The notes under the pieces were generated by a model. The model was not told the DNA's origin and made no database searches. It saw only the letters and a program-made list of their open reading frames with translations. The position numbers were made by a program, and so were the translations under genes. A DNA stretch of 64,000 nucleotides from a bacterium (lineage in GTDB: Bacteria; Desulfobacterota; DSWW01), in NCBI GenBank assembly GCA_040756235.1, contig JBFLZG010000111.1, forward strand, positions 35,508 to 99,507, written 5' to 3'. Shown piece by piece: positions 40,258 to 50,148 of this stretch. Positions within the stretch are counted from its first letter, which is position 1. Each line of letters begins with the position of its first letter.

Positions 40258-41496
40258 CTAGCGGCGGGTGGAGGTTTTCGCCCTGCCCACCCTTTTCTCG
40301 ATGACTCTCTGCTTCGCAGCCCACTGCGTATACTGGGGGTTGTACCTCTCCAGCCCGCTCTCCGGGTTCAGGACGCATTTTACCGGCAGTCCCCCCAGGA
40401 TCCGCGCCATACAGCCCTTGTTGCATCTCCGGCACTTCCTGATATCTGCGAGCCGACCTGCCTTCACCTTGTTCGCCCAGTCCGGGTCGGCGATGAGCTG
40501 CCTCCCCAGAGCGATCATGTCCGTCATCCCCTCGCTCAGCGCTCTCGCTGCCAGCTCAGGGTCGTGGACAGAGGGGGTGATCACCGGCACTCTCGTCAGT
40601 TTCTTGAAGCCGGCCGATGCCTCCAGCATGCTGGCGTCCTCGTCCGGGTAGACGTACTTGACCGCCGAGGCACAACCGTCCGTGGTATGAAGGTAATCGA
40701 TCCCCTCTTGCTCCAGCCTCTGCACCACGACCTTCATGTCCTCGTACGTCAGCCCTCCCGGCACATGCTCCGAGGCGCTTGCCCTCACCCCCACGACCAT
40801 GTCGCTGCCCACCGCCGCCTTCGCCCTTCGCACGAACTCCAGCAGCAGGCGCATCCGATTCTCGAACGTACCCCCGTAGGCGTCGGTGCGAAGATTGAAG
40901 CGAGGGGAAAGAAACTCGTGCAGCAGCCAGCCGTGACCGGCATGGATCTCCAGCCCGTCGAATCCGACCCTGCGCGCCATGATGGCCGCGTTGACGAAGG
41001 CCTCCAGCTCCCGCTCGATCTCCGCAACAGACATCTCCCGCGGTACTTCCTCGCGCATGAATGGGACGAGCACCTCCTGGCAGTTCCTGGGAATCATTTC
41101 CGGCGGTATCTTGAAGGTCACGGCCGAGGGCCCCACCAGTTGCTCGCCAACCAGAGAGAACCCTTGGGCGCCCATACCCATGGTGAACTGGACAAAGGTC
41201 CTGGCACCGAAGGCGTGGATGGTGTCGACCAGCTCGGCCAAACCCATCATGTGGCCCGGCTCGTAGAGAGCCGGCACGTTGAAGGGCGCAGTATCCAGGG
41301 CCCATTTGCTCACGAACACGGACTCGACGATGATGAGGCCCACACCGCCGCGGGCTCTGGCCCCGTAAAAGGCAAGCTGCTGCTCGCTGATCTTGGTCCC
41401 GTCCGCATAGCGGCAGACCATGGGGCACATCGCCACCCGGTTGCGAATGTCGACCTTGCCGATCCGAATGGGTTCAAATAGCTTTTGAAGCTGCAT
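40258..41496 (-). CDS. NADH:flavin oxidoreductase (OYE), short form with 4Fe-4S motif
   Basis: EIHAGHGWL, RTDAYGGTFENR, CRRCNKGC...CVLNP; no FAD/NAD domain. Confidence 0.9.
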   Translation of the reverse strand: MQLQKLFEPIRIGKVDIRNRVAMCPMVCRYADGTKISEQQLAFYGARARGGVGLIIVESVFVSKWALDTAPFNVPALYEPGHMMGLAELVDTIHAFGARTFVQFTMGMGAQGFSLVGEQLVGPSAVTFKIPPEMIPRNCQEVLVPFMREEVPREMSVAEIERELEAFVNAAIMARRVGFDGLEIHAGHGWLLHEFLSPRFNLRTDAYGGTFENRMRLLLEFVRRAKAAVGSDMVVGVRASASEHVPGGLTYEDMKVVVQRLEQEGIDYLHTTDGCASAVKYVYPDEDASMLEASAGFKKLTRVPVITPSVHDPELAARALSEGMTDMIALGRQLIADPDWANKVKAGRLADIRKCRRCNKGCMARILGGLPVKCVLNPESGLERYNPQYTQWAAKQRVIEKRVGRAKTSTRR

Positions 41497-41594
41497 TTTG
41501 CTGACTCCTCTTCCTGTGTCGCCCTTCTCCATCGAGCCGAGACCGGCCCCTCGCCGCGGACTCCCAAGCGTCGTCCTGGCTGCAGTCCCGTCGT

Positions 41595-41651
41595 GGAGGT
41601 GTTGCAGCCGATGCAGAGGTTCTGGGCGACCGCCAACGCATATCTCGCCAT
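41595..41651 (-). pseudogene. N-terminal stub of a DmsB/PadC-like 4Fe-4S subunit
   Basis: ATG 3 nt after the Mo-enzyme stop encodes MARYALAVAQNLCIGCNT, then similarity is lost. Confidence 0.65.
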
Positions 41652-41653
41652 GA

Positions 41654-44248
41654 CTACCCCTGCACTTTATAGATCTTCACGCGGGCGCAGACATCGATCT
41701 GGCCGGACAGGGGGTCCACCATGTCCCAGCCGAACGGCTGCAGGCTGTTGGAGTTGACCCCTTTGCCCCTGGAAATCGGCTTGCCGTGCGCCCAATGTCC
41801 GAGAATCCCCAGCGTCCCCACGACCTGCGGATGCACGCATTCCGTCACGCGCACGCGACCCTGGACCTTGCCCGCTGTCGACTCCACGCACACCCTGTCT
41901 CCGTCGCGGATCCCACGCTTCTCGGCGGCGCTGGTGTGGAGGAGAATGCGGTAGTCCAGCGGGCTCCGGGTGGCGATGTCGTCGACCCAGGCATTCTCCG
42001 AATTGATCGTGTGCCCCAGCAGCGGCAGCTTGCTGTTGGCAAGGAACAGATCATAGCCGGGCGGCGGGGCGGCATAGGCGGAACAGGGATGCCAGTCCGG
42101 CAGCGGCCGATACCAGGAGGTGTCCCACCAGTCCATTCCCAGCTGGCGCGTCACCTTCTCGACCTGCTGACCCGCCTCGATGAAGTGCTCATAATAGATC
42201 GGTATGCGGACGTCCAGCACGGTGCCGGCATAGGCCTCTTCCGGGGTCTTCTCGTACAGGTGGATCGAAGAGGTCCTCTGGAAGAGAGCGTCTTCGTGGT
42301 CCTTCCCTTCGATGATCCTCCTGATCGCTCCCACCTGCCGCTTGCAGATTTCCTCCGCGGTGTACAACTGCTCCCGCTCGAGCTTCTTGTCCCCGCCGAT
42401 CGCCTCCAGCATGCCCCACTGATTGATGATCGCGTTCATCTCGCCCAGGATGCCGAGCCGCTTGCCGATCTCCATCAGCACGTCCAGCCAGTTGCGCAAC
42501 CCGGCAGGCGGCGCCACGACGGGCTGACAGATCTGCATGTGCCAGGGCCCGGGGCCGGGGACGATCATGCCGGCGGGCTGATTGGCGGGAAACAGCCAGT
42601 AGCGCTCGAAATCATGGGTCTCGGGCAGGACGATGTCCGCGAACTCCGACGTCTCGTCCACCTGGCGGGCGAAGGCGAGGATGAAATCGAGCTTGCCGAG
42701 CCACTCCGCGATCGCATTCGGATCGTGGAACGACATGAGGAAGTTCGTGCGGCACAGGATGAGCGCGGCGGGCTGGTACGGGAGATGGAAGCGCTCGGGG
42801 TCGTGCATCGAGTAGTGCGGCATGCTGGCCAGGAAGCCGCTCACCGGGAACAGCCCGCGCAGGTCGAAGGTATCGGGCGGACGCGCCTCGATCGGCGGAT
42901 AGGGCGCCATGAAGCCATCCCACCGGCCCATGCGCTCGAGGGCGGGAACCGTCAGAATTCCATCCGGTCCTTTCTCGGCCCGCCACAGGTTGAACGGCCC
43001 GATAGGGTTCGTGCCCAGCTCCCCGCCGGGAACATCCATCGCCCCTACCACGATGTTCATGAGCTGCAAGGCGATACAGGTGAACATGCCGTTCTTGTGC
43101 GCGCTGGCGCCGCGCTTCCACTCGATGGCCGCAGGCCGGAAGGGCACCGCCCGCCCGCCGAGCTCTGTCGTCGCCCCGATCTGGGCCGCCTCCGCGAACT
43201 CTTTCGCCAGACGCCTGATGGTCTCTGCCGGAATCGTGGTGATCTCCGCCACGTTCTCAGGCGAGTACGCCCGCACGTGCTCCTTGAGAAGAGCGAAGGC
43301 GGGCCGACAGGTCTTGCCCCCGACAAGGAAGCTGCCCTCCAGCGCGTAGTCCTTTACCGGCGCATCGTAGGGCCTGACCTCCCCGGCTTCGAGGTCCCAC
43401 ACCAGCGGCTGGAGGCTGCCCTCCTCGCGCACGTAGTGCCCGTCATCCCCGATCAGGTACGGGCCGTTGGTACGCCGCTTGAGGAACTCCGCATCGCAGA
43501 TCCCCAGCTCGTTGAGCAGCACGTTCACCATGCCCAGGGCGAACGCACCGTCCGTGCCGGGCAGGATGGGAACCCACTCATCGGCCTTGGCAGCAGCGTG
43601 ACTGCAGATGGGGTCGATCACGACCAGCCGCGCCCCGCGCCGCCGAGCGTCGGCCATGTGGGCAATGGCCTGCAGCGTGTTGTTGTTCGCGCCGAGGCCG
43701 AGCTGGGAGCCGCACAGCAGGATGTAGTTGCAGAGCCGCAGGTCGACCTCGGAATTGACCGTGCCGTGGGTCAGCATGAACTGCGTATGCAGGCCGGAAC
43801 CGCAATAGGTGGCGTTGATGAAGGTGAAGTTTGGCGAGCCGAAGGCCCTGGTGAACGCAGCGCTGACGTACATGTTGAACTGATCGAAATCGGCGAACAC
43901 CAGTTTCCGCGGGTCGTCTTTGCGCACCGCGTCCAGCTTCCCGACAATGGTATCCATGGCCTCGTCCCAGGAAATCGGCTGCCACCGCGGATCGACGCCC
44001 AGGCCCTTCACGGGATTCGTACGCTTCAGCGGGGTGGTGACCCGGTTCGGGTCATACAGGTCGGCAATCCGCGCCAGCGCTTTCCCGCATGCCTTCCCTC
44101 GCGAGCTGACCACATCCGGGTCCCCTCTGAGCCCGGTCACGCGCCCGTCCTGTGTCCGGACCCGAATCGCGCAGGAGTTGAAACAGCCGTGGCACGTCGT
44201 GGGAATCCAGGTCTCCTCCCTCGCTGCCTGCTGCCTACGCCTTGCCAT
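41654..44248 (-). CDS. DMSO-reductase-family molybdopterin oxidoreductase, cytoplasmic catalytic subunit (PadB-like)
   Basis: WIPTTCHGCFNSC...CGK, TNPVKGLGVDPRWQPISWDEA, TYCGSGLH; no Tat signal. Confidence 0.9.
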   Translation of the reverse strand: MARRRQQAAREETWIPTTCHGCFNSCAIRVRTQDGRVTGLRGDPDVVSSRGKACGKALARIADLYDPNRVTTPLKRTNPVKGLGVDPRWQPISWDEAMDTIVGKLDAVRKDDPRKLVFADFDQFNMYVSAAFTRAFGSPNFTFINATYCGSGLHTQFMLTHGTVNSEVDLRLCNYILLCGSQLGLGANNNTLQAIAHMADARRRGARLVVIDPICSHAAAKADEWVPILPGTDGAFALGMVNVLLNELGICDAEFLKRRTNGPYLIGDDGHYVREEGSLQPLVWDLEAGEVRPYDAPVKDYALEGSFLVGGKTCRPAFALLKEHVRAYSPENVAEITTIPAETIRRLAKEFAEAAQIGATTELGGRAVPFRPAAIEWKRGASAHKNGMFTCIALQLMNIVVGAMDVPGGELGTNPIGPFNLWRAEKGPDGILTVPALERMGRWDGFMAPYPPIEARPPDTFDLRGLFPVSGFLASMPHYSMHDPERFHLPYQPAALILCRTNFLMSFHDPNAIAEWLGKLDFILAFARQVDETSEFADIVLPETHDFERYWLFPANQPAGMIVPGPGPWHMQICQPVVAPPAGLRNWLDVLMEIGKRLGILGEMNAIINQWGMLEAIGGDKKLEREQLYTAEEICKRQVGAIRRIIEGKDHEDALFQRTSSIHLYEKTPEEAYAGTVLDVRIPIYYEHFIEAGQQVEKVTRQLGMDWWDTSWYRPLPDWHPCSAYAAPPPGYDLFLANSKLPLLGHTINSENAWVDDIATRSPLDYRILLHTSAAEKRGIRDGDRVCVESTAGKVQGRVRVTECVHPQVVGTLGILGHWAHGKPISRGKGVNSNSLQPFGWDMVDPLSGQIDVCARVKIYKVQG

Positions 44249-44356
44249 GCCTTACGCCTCCCGTGAGCTGCTGTGCCTTTTTCCCGGATCCGCTCCCGTC
44301 GCGTGCGGGTCGGCGCGCCCCACGCCACCGCGGTAGAACCTGGCCTTCCGCTTGTG

Positions 44357-44887
44357 CTACGAGCTCTGTCGCCCTCCCCTGGCAAGGAAAGGCTTGAGGC
44401 CTCCTGCCATGAGGATGTCGTAAGGAGGACTCCCCTGAGGGAAGCCCTCCGCCTCCAGGGTCCTGCCGCTGCGCAAGTTCCTCACCTGCCCGCTGGAGAT
44501 GTCGACCTCGAGGATGTCGCCCTCCTCCACCGCCGGGCTGATTCCCCGACAGATCAGAGCCGGAAAACCCAGATTGACCGAGTTGCGGAGGAAGACACGA
44601 GCGATGGATTCGGCCAGAACGACCGAAATTCCCAGGACCTTGAGGAAGCGGGGAGCGGGGCGGGCAGAGCCACAGCCGAAGTTGCGGCCGGCGACCAGGA
44701 GGTCCCCCTGCTGCACCAGCTCGGCCCAGCCCGGACGATTGGCCTGCATGCAATTCCTGGCCATTGCCTGCCAGTCCACTTCCTGCTTGAGGCCCAACTG
44801 ACCGAGCGTCTCGGTGCCGGGCATCATCAGGTCAGTGCTGATGTTGTCGCCAAACTTCCAGACTCTGCCTCTGAACACGGTTTCCAT
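44357..44887 (-). CDS. LeuD/DmdB-like hydratase small subunit
   Basis: GDNISTD, GRNFGCGS, AESIARVFLRN. Confidence 0.9.
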   Translation of the reverse strand: METVFRGRVWKFGDNISTDLMMPGTETLGQLGLKQEVDWQAMARNCMQANRPGWAELVQQGDLLVAGRNFGCGSARPAPRFLKVLGISVVLAESIARVFLRNSVNLGFPALICRGISPAVEEGDILEVDISSGQVRNLRSGRTLEAEGFPQGSPPYDILMAGGLKPFLARGGRQSS

Positions 44888-46167
44888 CAGCCACCTCCTG
44901 AAGCGAGGAGATCCCTCGGGTCGGTGACCTCCCCGGCCACTGCCGAGGCGGCCACCGTGGCAGGACTGGCCAGATAGACCTCAGCCTCGGGACTCCCCAT
45001 GCGGCCCTGGAAGTTGCGATTGCTCGTCGAGATGCAGCGTTCGCCGGCAGCCAGCAGGCCCAGAGGACCGCCGCAGCAGGGACCGCAGGTGGAGTGGCAA
45101 ACCAGGCATCCGGCCTCCGACAGAACGTCCAGATAGCCTGCTTGAAGAGCCAGTCGCCACTGTTCCTGAGAAGCAGGACTGACGATGAACCGGACGTCCG
45201 GGTGTACTTTGCGGCCCTTGAGGATCCGGGCCGTCACTTGCATGTCCTCCAGGCGCCCGCTGGTGCAGGAGCCCAGGAAGGCTTGGTGGATCTTGATGTG
45301 CATGTCACTCACCTGGGAGACGGGCCGCACATTGCCCGGGTCGTGGGGCAGCGCCACCTGAGGCTCCATGCCCGTAACATCCACCGTGTAGACAGCCTCG
45401 TAGACAGCGTCAGGGTCAGCGATCACCGGCTGCGGCTCGCGTCGGATTCGCCCCGCGAGGAACTCCATCGTCTTCGCGTCGGCCTCGAACAGGGCGCATT
45501 TGGCTCCCAGCTCCACCCCCATATTGGCCATGCTGAAGCGGCTGCCCAAGGAGAGGGCCCTGGCTACCGGCCCGACGAACTCCACCGACTTGTAGATGGC
45601 CACATCCGTGCCGTGGCTCCCGGCGATCTTGAGGATGATGTCCTTGCCCACGATATACTCGGGCAGTTCCCCTACCAGCTCGAAGCGGATCGATTCGGGC
45701 ACTCGCAGCCAGAGCTCGCCCTTGGCGATGACGTAGGGCGACTCCTCCATGACCGGCACCCCCATGGCATTGAAGCAACCGTAGCTGGTCGAGTGAGAGT
45801 CAACGCTGGCGATGAGGTCGCCGGGAACCACGTAGCCGTTCTCTGGAAAGAGCTGGTGAAGGATGCCGTGACGGCCGAATTCGAACCAGTGCGTGATACC
45901 GTACTTCTTGACGAACGCCCTCAGAGCGGACACGTCCTGCGCCGCCTCGAGGTTGGGAGAAGGAGCCAGGTGGTCTTCCGTGCAGTAGACCCGTTCCGGG
46001 TCGAAAACTCTGTCTATTTTCAGCTCCTCCAGAAGCGGGCCGATCACTCGCATGAGCAGCCCGATAACGCCGGTGCCGTCGACCTTGGCCCAGACGTACT
46101 CCCCGGGCTTCACCTCTCTCCTGCCGCAATGGGCCGCTATGATCTTCTCTGCCATGGTCATGCCCAT
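44887..46167 (-). CDS. LeuC/DmdA-like aconitase-family hydratase large subunit
   Basis: DH, DSHS, GSCTSGR, CGPCCG, SNRNFQGRMG, LASP. Confidence 0.92.
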   Translation of the reverse strand: MGMTMAEKIIAAHCGRREVKPGEYVWAKVDGTGVIGLLMRVIGPLLEELKIDRVFDPERVYCTEDHLAPSPNLEAAQDVSALRAFVKKYGITHWFEFGRHGILHQLFPENGYVVPGDLIASVDSHSTSYGCFNAMGVPVMEESPYVIAKGELWLRVPESIRFELVGELPEYIVGKDIILKIAGSHGTDVAIYKSVEFVGPVARALSLGSRFSMANMGVELGAKCALFEADAKTMEFLAGRIRREPQPVIADPDAVYEAVYTVDVTGMEPQVALPHDPGNVRPVSQVSDMHIKIHQAFLGSCTSGRLEDMQVTARILKGRKVHPDVRFIVSPASQEQWRLALQAGYLDVLSEAGCLVCHSTCGPCCGGPLGLLAAGERCISTSNRNFQGRMGSPEAEVYLASPATVAASAVAGEVTDPRDLLASGGG

Positions 46168-46304
46168 GACCCACACCTCCCTCTTGCGAAGACAGAATCG
46201 ACCAGGATCCGCCGCGGAGCGAACAGCATGTGACGATCCCTCCCGGGTGCCACCTGGCCTCGTCCCGAGGCACGAGCAAGAGCTTTTCCAGCCATGGCCA
46301 TCAC

Positions 46305-47249
46305 TCAATTTCCGCTTTTCGAAGGCTGATATCCGACGCTTTGTTCGTAGCGCTGCAAGACCTCCTCCTTTGGCAAGAAGGTTTCTTCAAGCTCACGATA
46401 TTCCCCGAAACCTACAAAGGCATGGACATCGGCAATGGGATGGCGTTGAAGACTCTTGCTGAACCGGATCATGAAATCGGTTTCACCGGTGCGGAGCTCT
46501 TTCATATAGTCGTAGACCGCCCGGGCGGCCGCCAGGAATGCACCGATCGGATCGGCGATGAAGGCGACTCCGATTTCCTCGAGCTCGGAAAGGCTGGCTT
46601 TGGGCGACACACCGACCATGTTGTAGACGATCGGAGCGGGGATTCTTTCCACGCACAGTCTGAGCTCGTCCAGCGTCAACACCCCTTCGGGATGAACCAT
46701 ATCGGCACCCGCATCGACATAGGCGTTTCCTCGCTGAATCACATCTTCAATGGTGCCGCCTGGCGCGCCCCGTACATCGGTTCGAGCGACCAGCACCAGG
46801 TCCGGGTTCAGTGCCTTGCGGACCCTGTCTGCCGCCTTATACTTCCCCACCGCCTCTTCCACGGGGATGACCCGCTTCCCAGCCACATGACCGCATCGTT
46901 TCGGGTCCACCTGGTCCTCGATATGGATCCCCGCCGCACCGGCCTGTATCAGCTCCTCGACCGTTCTCATGACGTTGATTGCATTGCCATAGCCGGTATC
47001 GGCATCCACGCTGACCGGTACCCGGACCGATCGGGTGATATGCCGGGTCACCTGGACCAGTTCGGTCTGCGTCATCAGGCCCACGTCAGGTCTTCCCAAG
47101 AAAGCCGCCGACACCCCGAACCCCGTGATCCCGACCAATTCAAAACCAGCCATCTCGATGATTCTGGCCGTGAGCGCATCATGAGCTGCCGGGATCACCA
47201 TCGGCTTGCCACGTTTGAGAAGCTTTCGGTATTTCTTTGCCCGCTCCAT
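46305..47249 (-). CDS. isocitrate lyase/PEP mutase family C-C lyase (PrpB/dimethylmalate lyase-like)
   Basis: DADTGYG, IEDQVDPKRCGH, ARTD. Confidence 0.9.
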   Translation of the reverse strand: MERAKKYRKLLKRGKPMVIPAAHDALTARIIEMAGFELVGITGFGVSAAFLGRPDVGLMTQTELVQVTRHITRSVRVPVSVDADTGYGNAINVMRTVEELIQAGAAGIHIEDQVDPKRCGHVAGKRVIPVEEAVGKYKAADRVRKALNPDLVLVARTDVRGAPGGTIEDVIQRGNAYVDAGADMVHPEGVLTLDELRLCVERIPAPIVYNMVGVSPKASLSELEEIGVAFIADPIGAFLAAARAVYDYMKELRTGETDFMIRFSKSLQRHPIADVHAFVGFGEYRELEETFLPKEEVLQRYEQSVGYQPSKSGN

Positions 47250-47293
47250 CCGTTCTCCTTTCGTCAGGTTTCTCCTTGCTCTCGCGCCGTGGG

Positions 47294-48127
47294 CTACTTG
47301 GCCAGAAAATCCATCACCACCCTGTTGAATTCTTCCGTCTTTTCCAGATTCGGGAAGTGACCGCAGTTTTCGAATACATAGAGCTCGGAATGGGGAATAT
47401 TTCTCTGCGCGACATACGCATGCTTGACCGGAAGGCTCGGATCCTCTCTTCCCCACGCGATCAAAGTCGGTATCTTGATGGAACTGAGCCTGTTGACAAT
47501 GGAGTCGACGAGCTCCTTGCGAACACCTCCGAATCCGCAGGACGTGATCAGCACTTTGGAGAAGGCGTTCATGGCCCCCTCGAGAGAAAAAATCTTGTGA
47601 TAGTGATCGATGATCTCTTCCGTCATAACCGCCGGATCCAGGACAAGCCCTTTCATGTACGAGGAAAGAATCGTCCGGTTCTTCAGAAGCGACCATCTCG
47701 CGATGAAAGGAATCGAGGAAATGCGCAGCTTGAAAGGAACATCCCGGCCGAGCCCGGCGGCGTCCTCTGGAACGAGCTTTCTTACTCTATGTGGATAATC
47801 GATCGCATAGCGGAGCACCAAGCCGCCCCCGAGAGAGACGCCGATCATGGCAGCTTGATCGATCCTCATTGCCTTCATGAAATGGTGCAGGTGCCCGATC
47901 ATGTAAGAAATGGAGTAGTCTGAATCAGGCTTGTCGGTGAATCCATGTCCGACAAGATCAGGTGCGTAGACCCGGTAGGCACGCGCCAGCACTTCGATAT
48001 TCGGCCTCCATATTTCCTTGGATGTGCCGAGACCGTGTATCAGGACTACGCTGGGGCCCTGGTCTCCGGCAACCCAATAGCAAGTACGGATCTCGCCTGC
48101 ATCGATGTATTTCTCTTCCATGCTCAT
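47294..48127 (-). CDS. alpha/beta fold hydrolase
   Basis: IHG, GHGFTD, GVSLGG, WGRED, CGHFP. Confidence 0.88.
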   Translation of the reverse strand: MSMEEKYIDAGEIRTCYWVAGDQGPSVVLIHGLGTSKEIWRPNIEVLARAYRVYAPDLVGHGFTDKPDSDYSISYMIGHLHHFMKAMRIDQAAMIGVSLGGGLVLRYAIDYPHRVRKLVPEDAAGLGRDVPFKLRISSIPFIARWSLLKNRTILSSYMKGLVLDPAVMTEEIIDHYHKIFSLEGAMNAFSKVLITSCGFGGVRKELVDSIVNRLSSIKIPTLIAWGREDPSLPVKHAYVAQRNIPHSELYVFENCGHFPNLEKTEEFNRVVMDFLAK

Positions 48128-48160
48128 GTTTCGCGCTTTCCGATTCGGATGAACTCTCGC

Positions 48161-48934
48161 TCATCTGAATTGCGAGAAGTACTTGTCAGCGACGTCCCTG
48201 GGAGGCATCTTGTACATGCTCTTTCGGCTTATCCACGGAAGCTTGGCCTTCTTCAGGCTGCCGAACAGCTCTGCATACTTCACGCTTGCAATGCAGGGAT
48301 CGATCAGCGGGACACCATCTACCTCATGAATGTTATTGGCGGTGAGCACAGGCACCCAAGCCCAACAGCCAAGAACGATGACTTCAGCTCCGTCATCGAT
48401 GCAGCTTCTTGCGGCATCCATGAAACCACTGATAATCTTCTGGGGGTCAACGGACGTCCAATCCATTCTCGGAATCGAGCGAATCGGCCGGCATTCGATC
48501 ATCCTGTCGCGCAGGCCGTAGATGGCGGCATTTCTCAGGTGAATGTGCTGGATTTCATGATTGGGGACCACGACGGCAAATTTCTCCCCCATCGAACAGG
48601 CCAGATGCCATGAAGCTTCTGCGCTGCCGATGACGGGTATTCTCACGATGCCTCTTGCAGCCAGCAGGGACGGGTCGTAGAAACAGGCTGCGATCAGCGC
48701 GTCGGCGCCCTTTTCCTGTTCCTCATAGAGTCCCATGAGCATCGTGGTTTCGCAGAACAGGTGGAAGCTGTAGTAATCCCCATCATCCAGATGGGTGAGC
48801 CCCTTCCCCAGTCCCTTGAAGTCGATCTCGGTATCCGGATTTTTCGCCTTTCCCGCGACGCCAAGTATCACATCCGCCTGCCCCAAGCTTCTGACGAGAT
48901 CATCTGAAAATGCCCCCAGAATGGTAATCTTCAT
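48161..48934 (-). CDS. Asp/Glu/hydantoin racemase family isomerase
   Basis: IAACFYDP, IVLGC two-Cys motifs; start may be 48943. Confidence 0.85.
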   Translation of the reverse strand: MKITILGAFSDDLVRSLGQADVILGVAGKAKNPDTEIDFKGLGKGLTHLDDGDYYSFHLFCETTMLMGLYEEQEKGADALIAACFYDPSLLAARGIVRIPVIGSAEASWHLACSMGEKFAVVVPNHEIQHIHLRNAAIYGLRDRMIECRPIRSIPRMDWTSVDPQKIISGFMDAARSCIDDGAEVIVLGCWAWVPVLTANNIHEVDGVPLIDPCIASVKYAELFGSLKKAKLPWISRKSMYKMPPRDVADKYFSQFR

Positions 48935-48988
48935 GCTGCGCATCCTCCTGTATTCGGTTTGGCTGAACGACCCCGGCCTGGGTCGCGT

Positions 48989-49774
48989 TCAGAAATTCTC
49001 CTGCAGGCTTCCATCCGCCGGCACGCGTCTCGCAAACCTCTGCACCTGAATCTTGTACTTGAAGAAGTCCGACCTCATGAAGATGTTGACGATCTCGAGA
49101 GGTTCGCCCGAGGAGTCCCACAACCGGGCCTGCACGAGGAACAGAGGGGCGAAGACCTCTGCCTTCAGGACCCCGGCCACGTCCGGGGGGGCGGGCACGC
49201 TTTCCAGATAGGTCTCGTTGTCGCCGACCTGCAGCCCCAGCTTCGTCTCCAGGATCCTCTTGACGGGCAGCTTCGACAATTCCCTGAGGGTGAGCTGTCT
49301 GCCGATCTCGGGGCGAAAGAAGTTCTCGAAGAAGCTGACCGGAATCCCGTCGATGAAGCGGACCCTCCGAATGACGCACACCGGCTCCTGCCCGTCCATT
49401 CCGAAGAAGTCCCCGATGTGCCGCGGGATGCGCGTCTCGCGGATCTTTTTCTCGTCCACCCCCAGCGGCTTGACCTTGAACTTCTCCCATTCCTCCATGA
49501 AGCTCTGCAGATCTCCCGTGAAAACCAGATGCTTGCGCACGGGGACCTGTTGGGCCACGAAGACTCCCTTGCCCCGTTTCCCGGAGATGAGCCGTTCGGC
49601 CTTGAGGTTGGCCAGGGCGGTGCGGATCGTGATCTGGCTGACTCGGAACTCGGCAGAGAGCTCATTCAGCGTCGGGAGCTGCTCGCCCTGCCCCAGTTGG
49701 CCTTTCACGATCTTGTCCCTGAGGACGGCTTCGACCTGGACGAAAAGGGGGATCTTGCCGCTGTTGTCGGCCAT
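48989..49774 (-). CDS. GntR family regulator (HutC subfamily, UTRA)
   Basis: wHTH LPT...VSQITIRTAL...GKGVFV plus a UTRA-sized C-terminus. Confidence 0.9.
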   Translation of the reverse strand: MADNSGKIPLFVQVEAVLRDKIVKGQLGQGEQLPTLNELSAEFRVSQITIRTALANLKAERLISGKRGKGVFVAQQVPVRKHLVFTGDLQSFMEEWEKFKVKPLGVDEKKIRETRIPRHIGDFFGMDGQEPVCVIRRVRFIDGIPVSFFENFFRPEIGRQLTLRELSKLPVKRILETKLGLQVGDNETYLESVPAPPDVAGVLKAEVFAPLFLVQARLWDSSGEPLEIVNIFMRSDFFKYKIQVQRFARRVPADGSLQENF

Positions 49775-49787
49775 GGCGCGTCCTCTT

Positions 49788-49858
49788 TGTATGTTCGTAT
49801 GTTTGTATACATAGCTCCATTTATGGAACTTCTAGCACACCCGTTTACAAGCTGTCAA
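49788..49858 (-). promoter_or_regulatory. sigma-70 promoter and putative GntR/HutC-type operator
   Basis: TTGACA-N18-TAGAAG; dyad TATGTttgtatACATA at 49798-49813 downstream of it. Confidence 0.55.
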
Positions 49859-50148
49859 GAAAAAACGCCGGGCGATCTCTTCCGGTCCGAGCGGCTCCTC
49901 ACCGGCTCCTTCACCGGATAGACCGCGAGCTCTGCAGGCCACCCCGGCCGGCCGGAGAAGGGGGTTGGGGGGATTTGCACGGGAGCACGAAGCCAAATCC
50001 CCTCCTGACCCCCCGGTGTTTTTCGGCAGGGAGGGAACACTGCGCGCGGGGTGTTCTGAATGGAGGCCGGTTCTCGGGCAGGAAATCCGAGGCTGGGTGT
50101 GGTCGTGCGGGTCGGGGTGATGGCGATTACCGGCTTCGGCCGGGGGGG

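Noticed and set aside
44357..46167. leuC/leuD gene symbols
   Set aside because: No leuA or leuB nearby; the catabolic context points to another hydratase.
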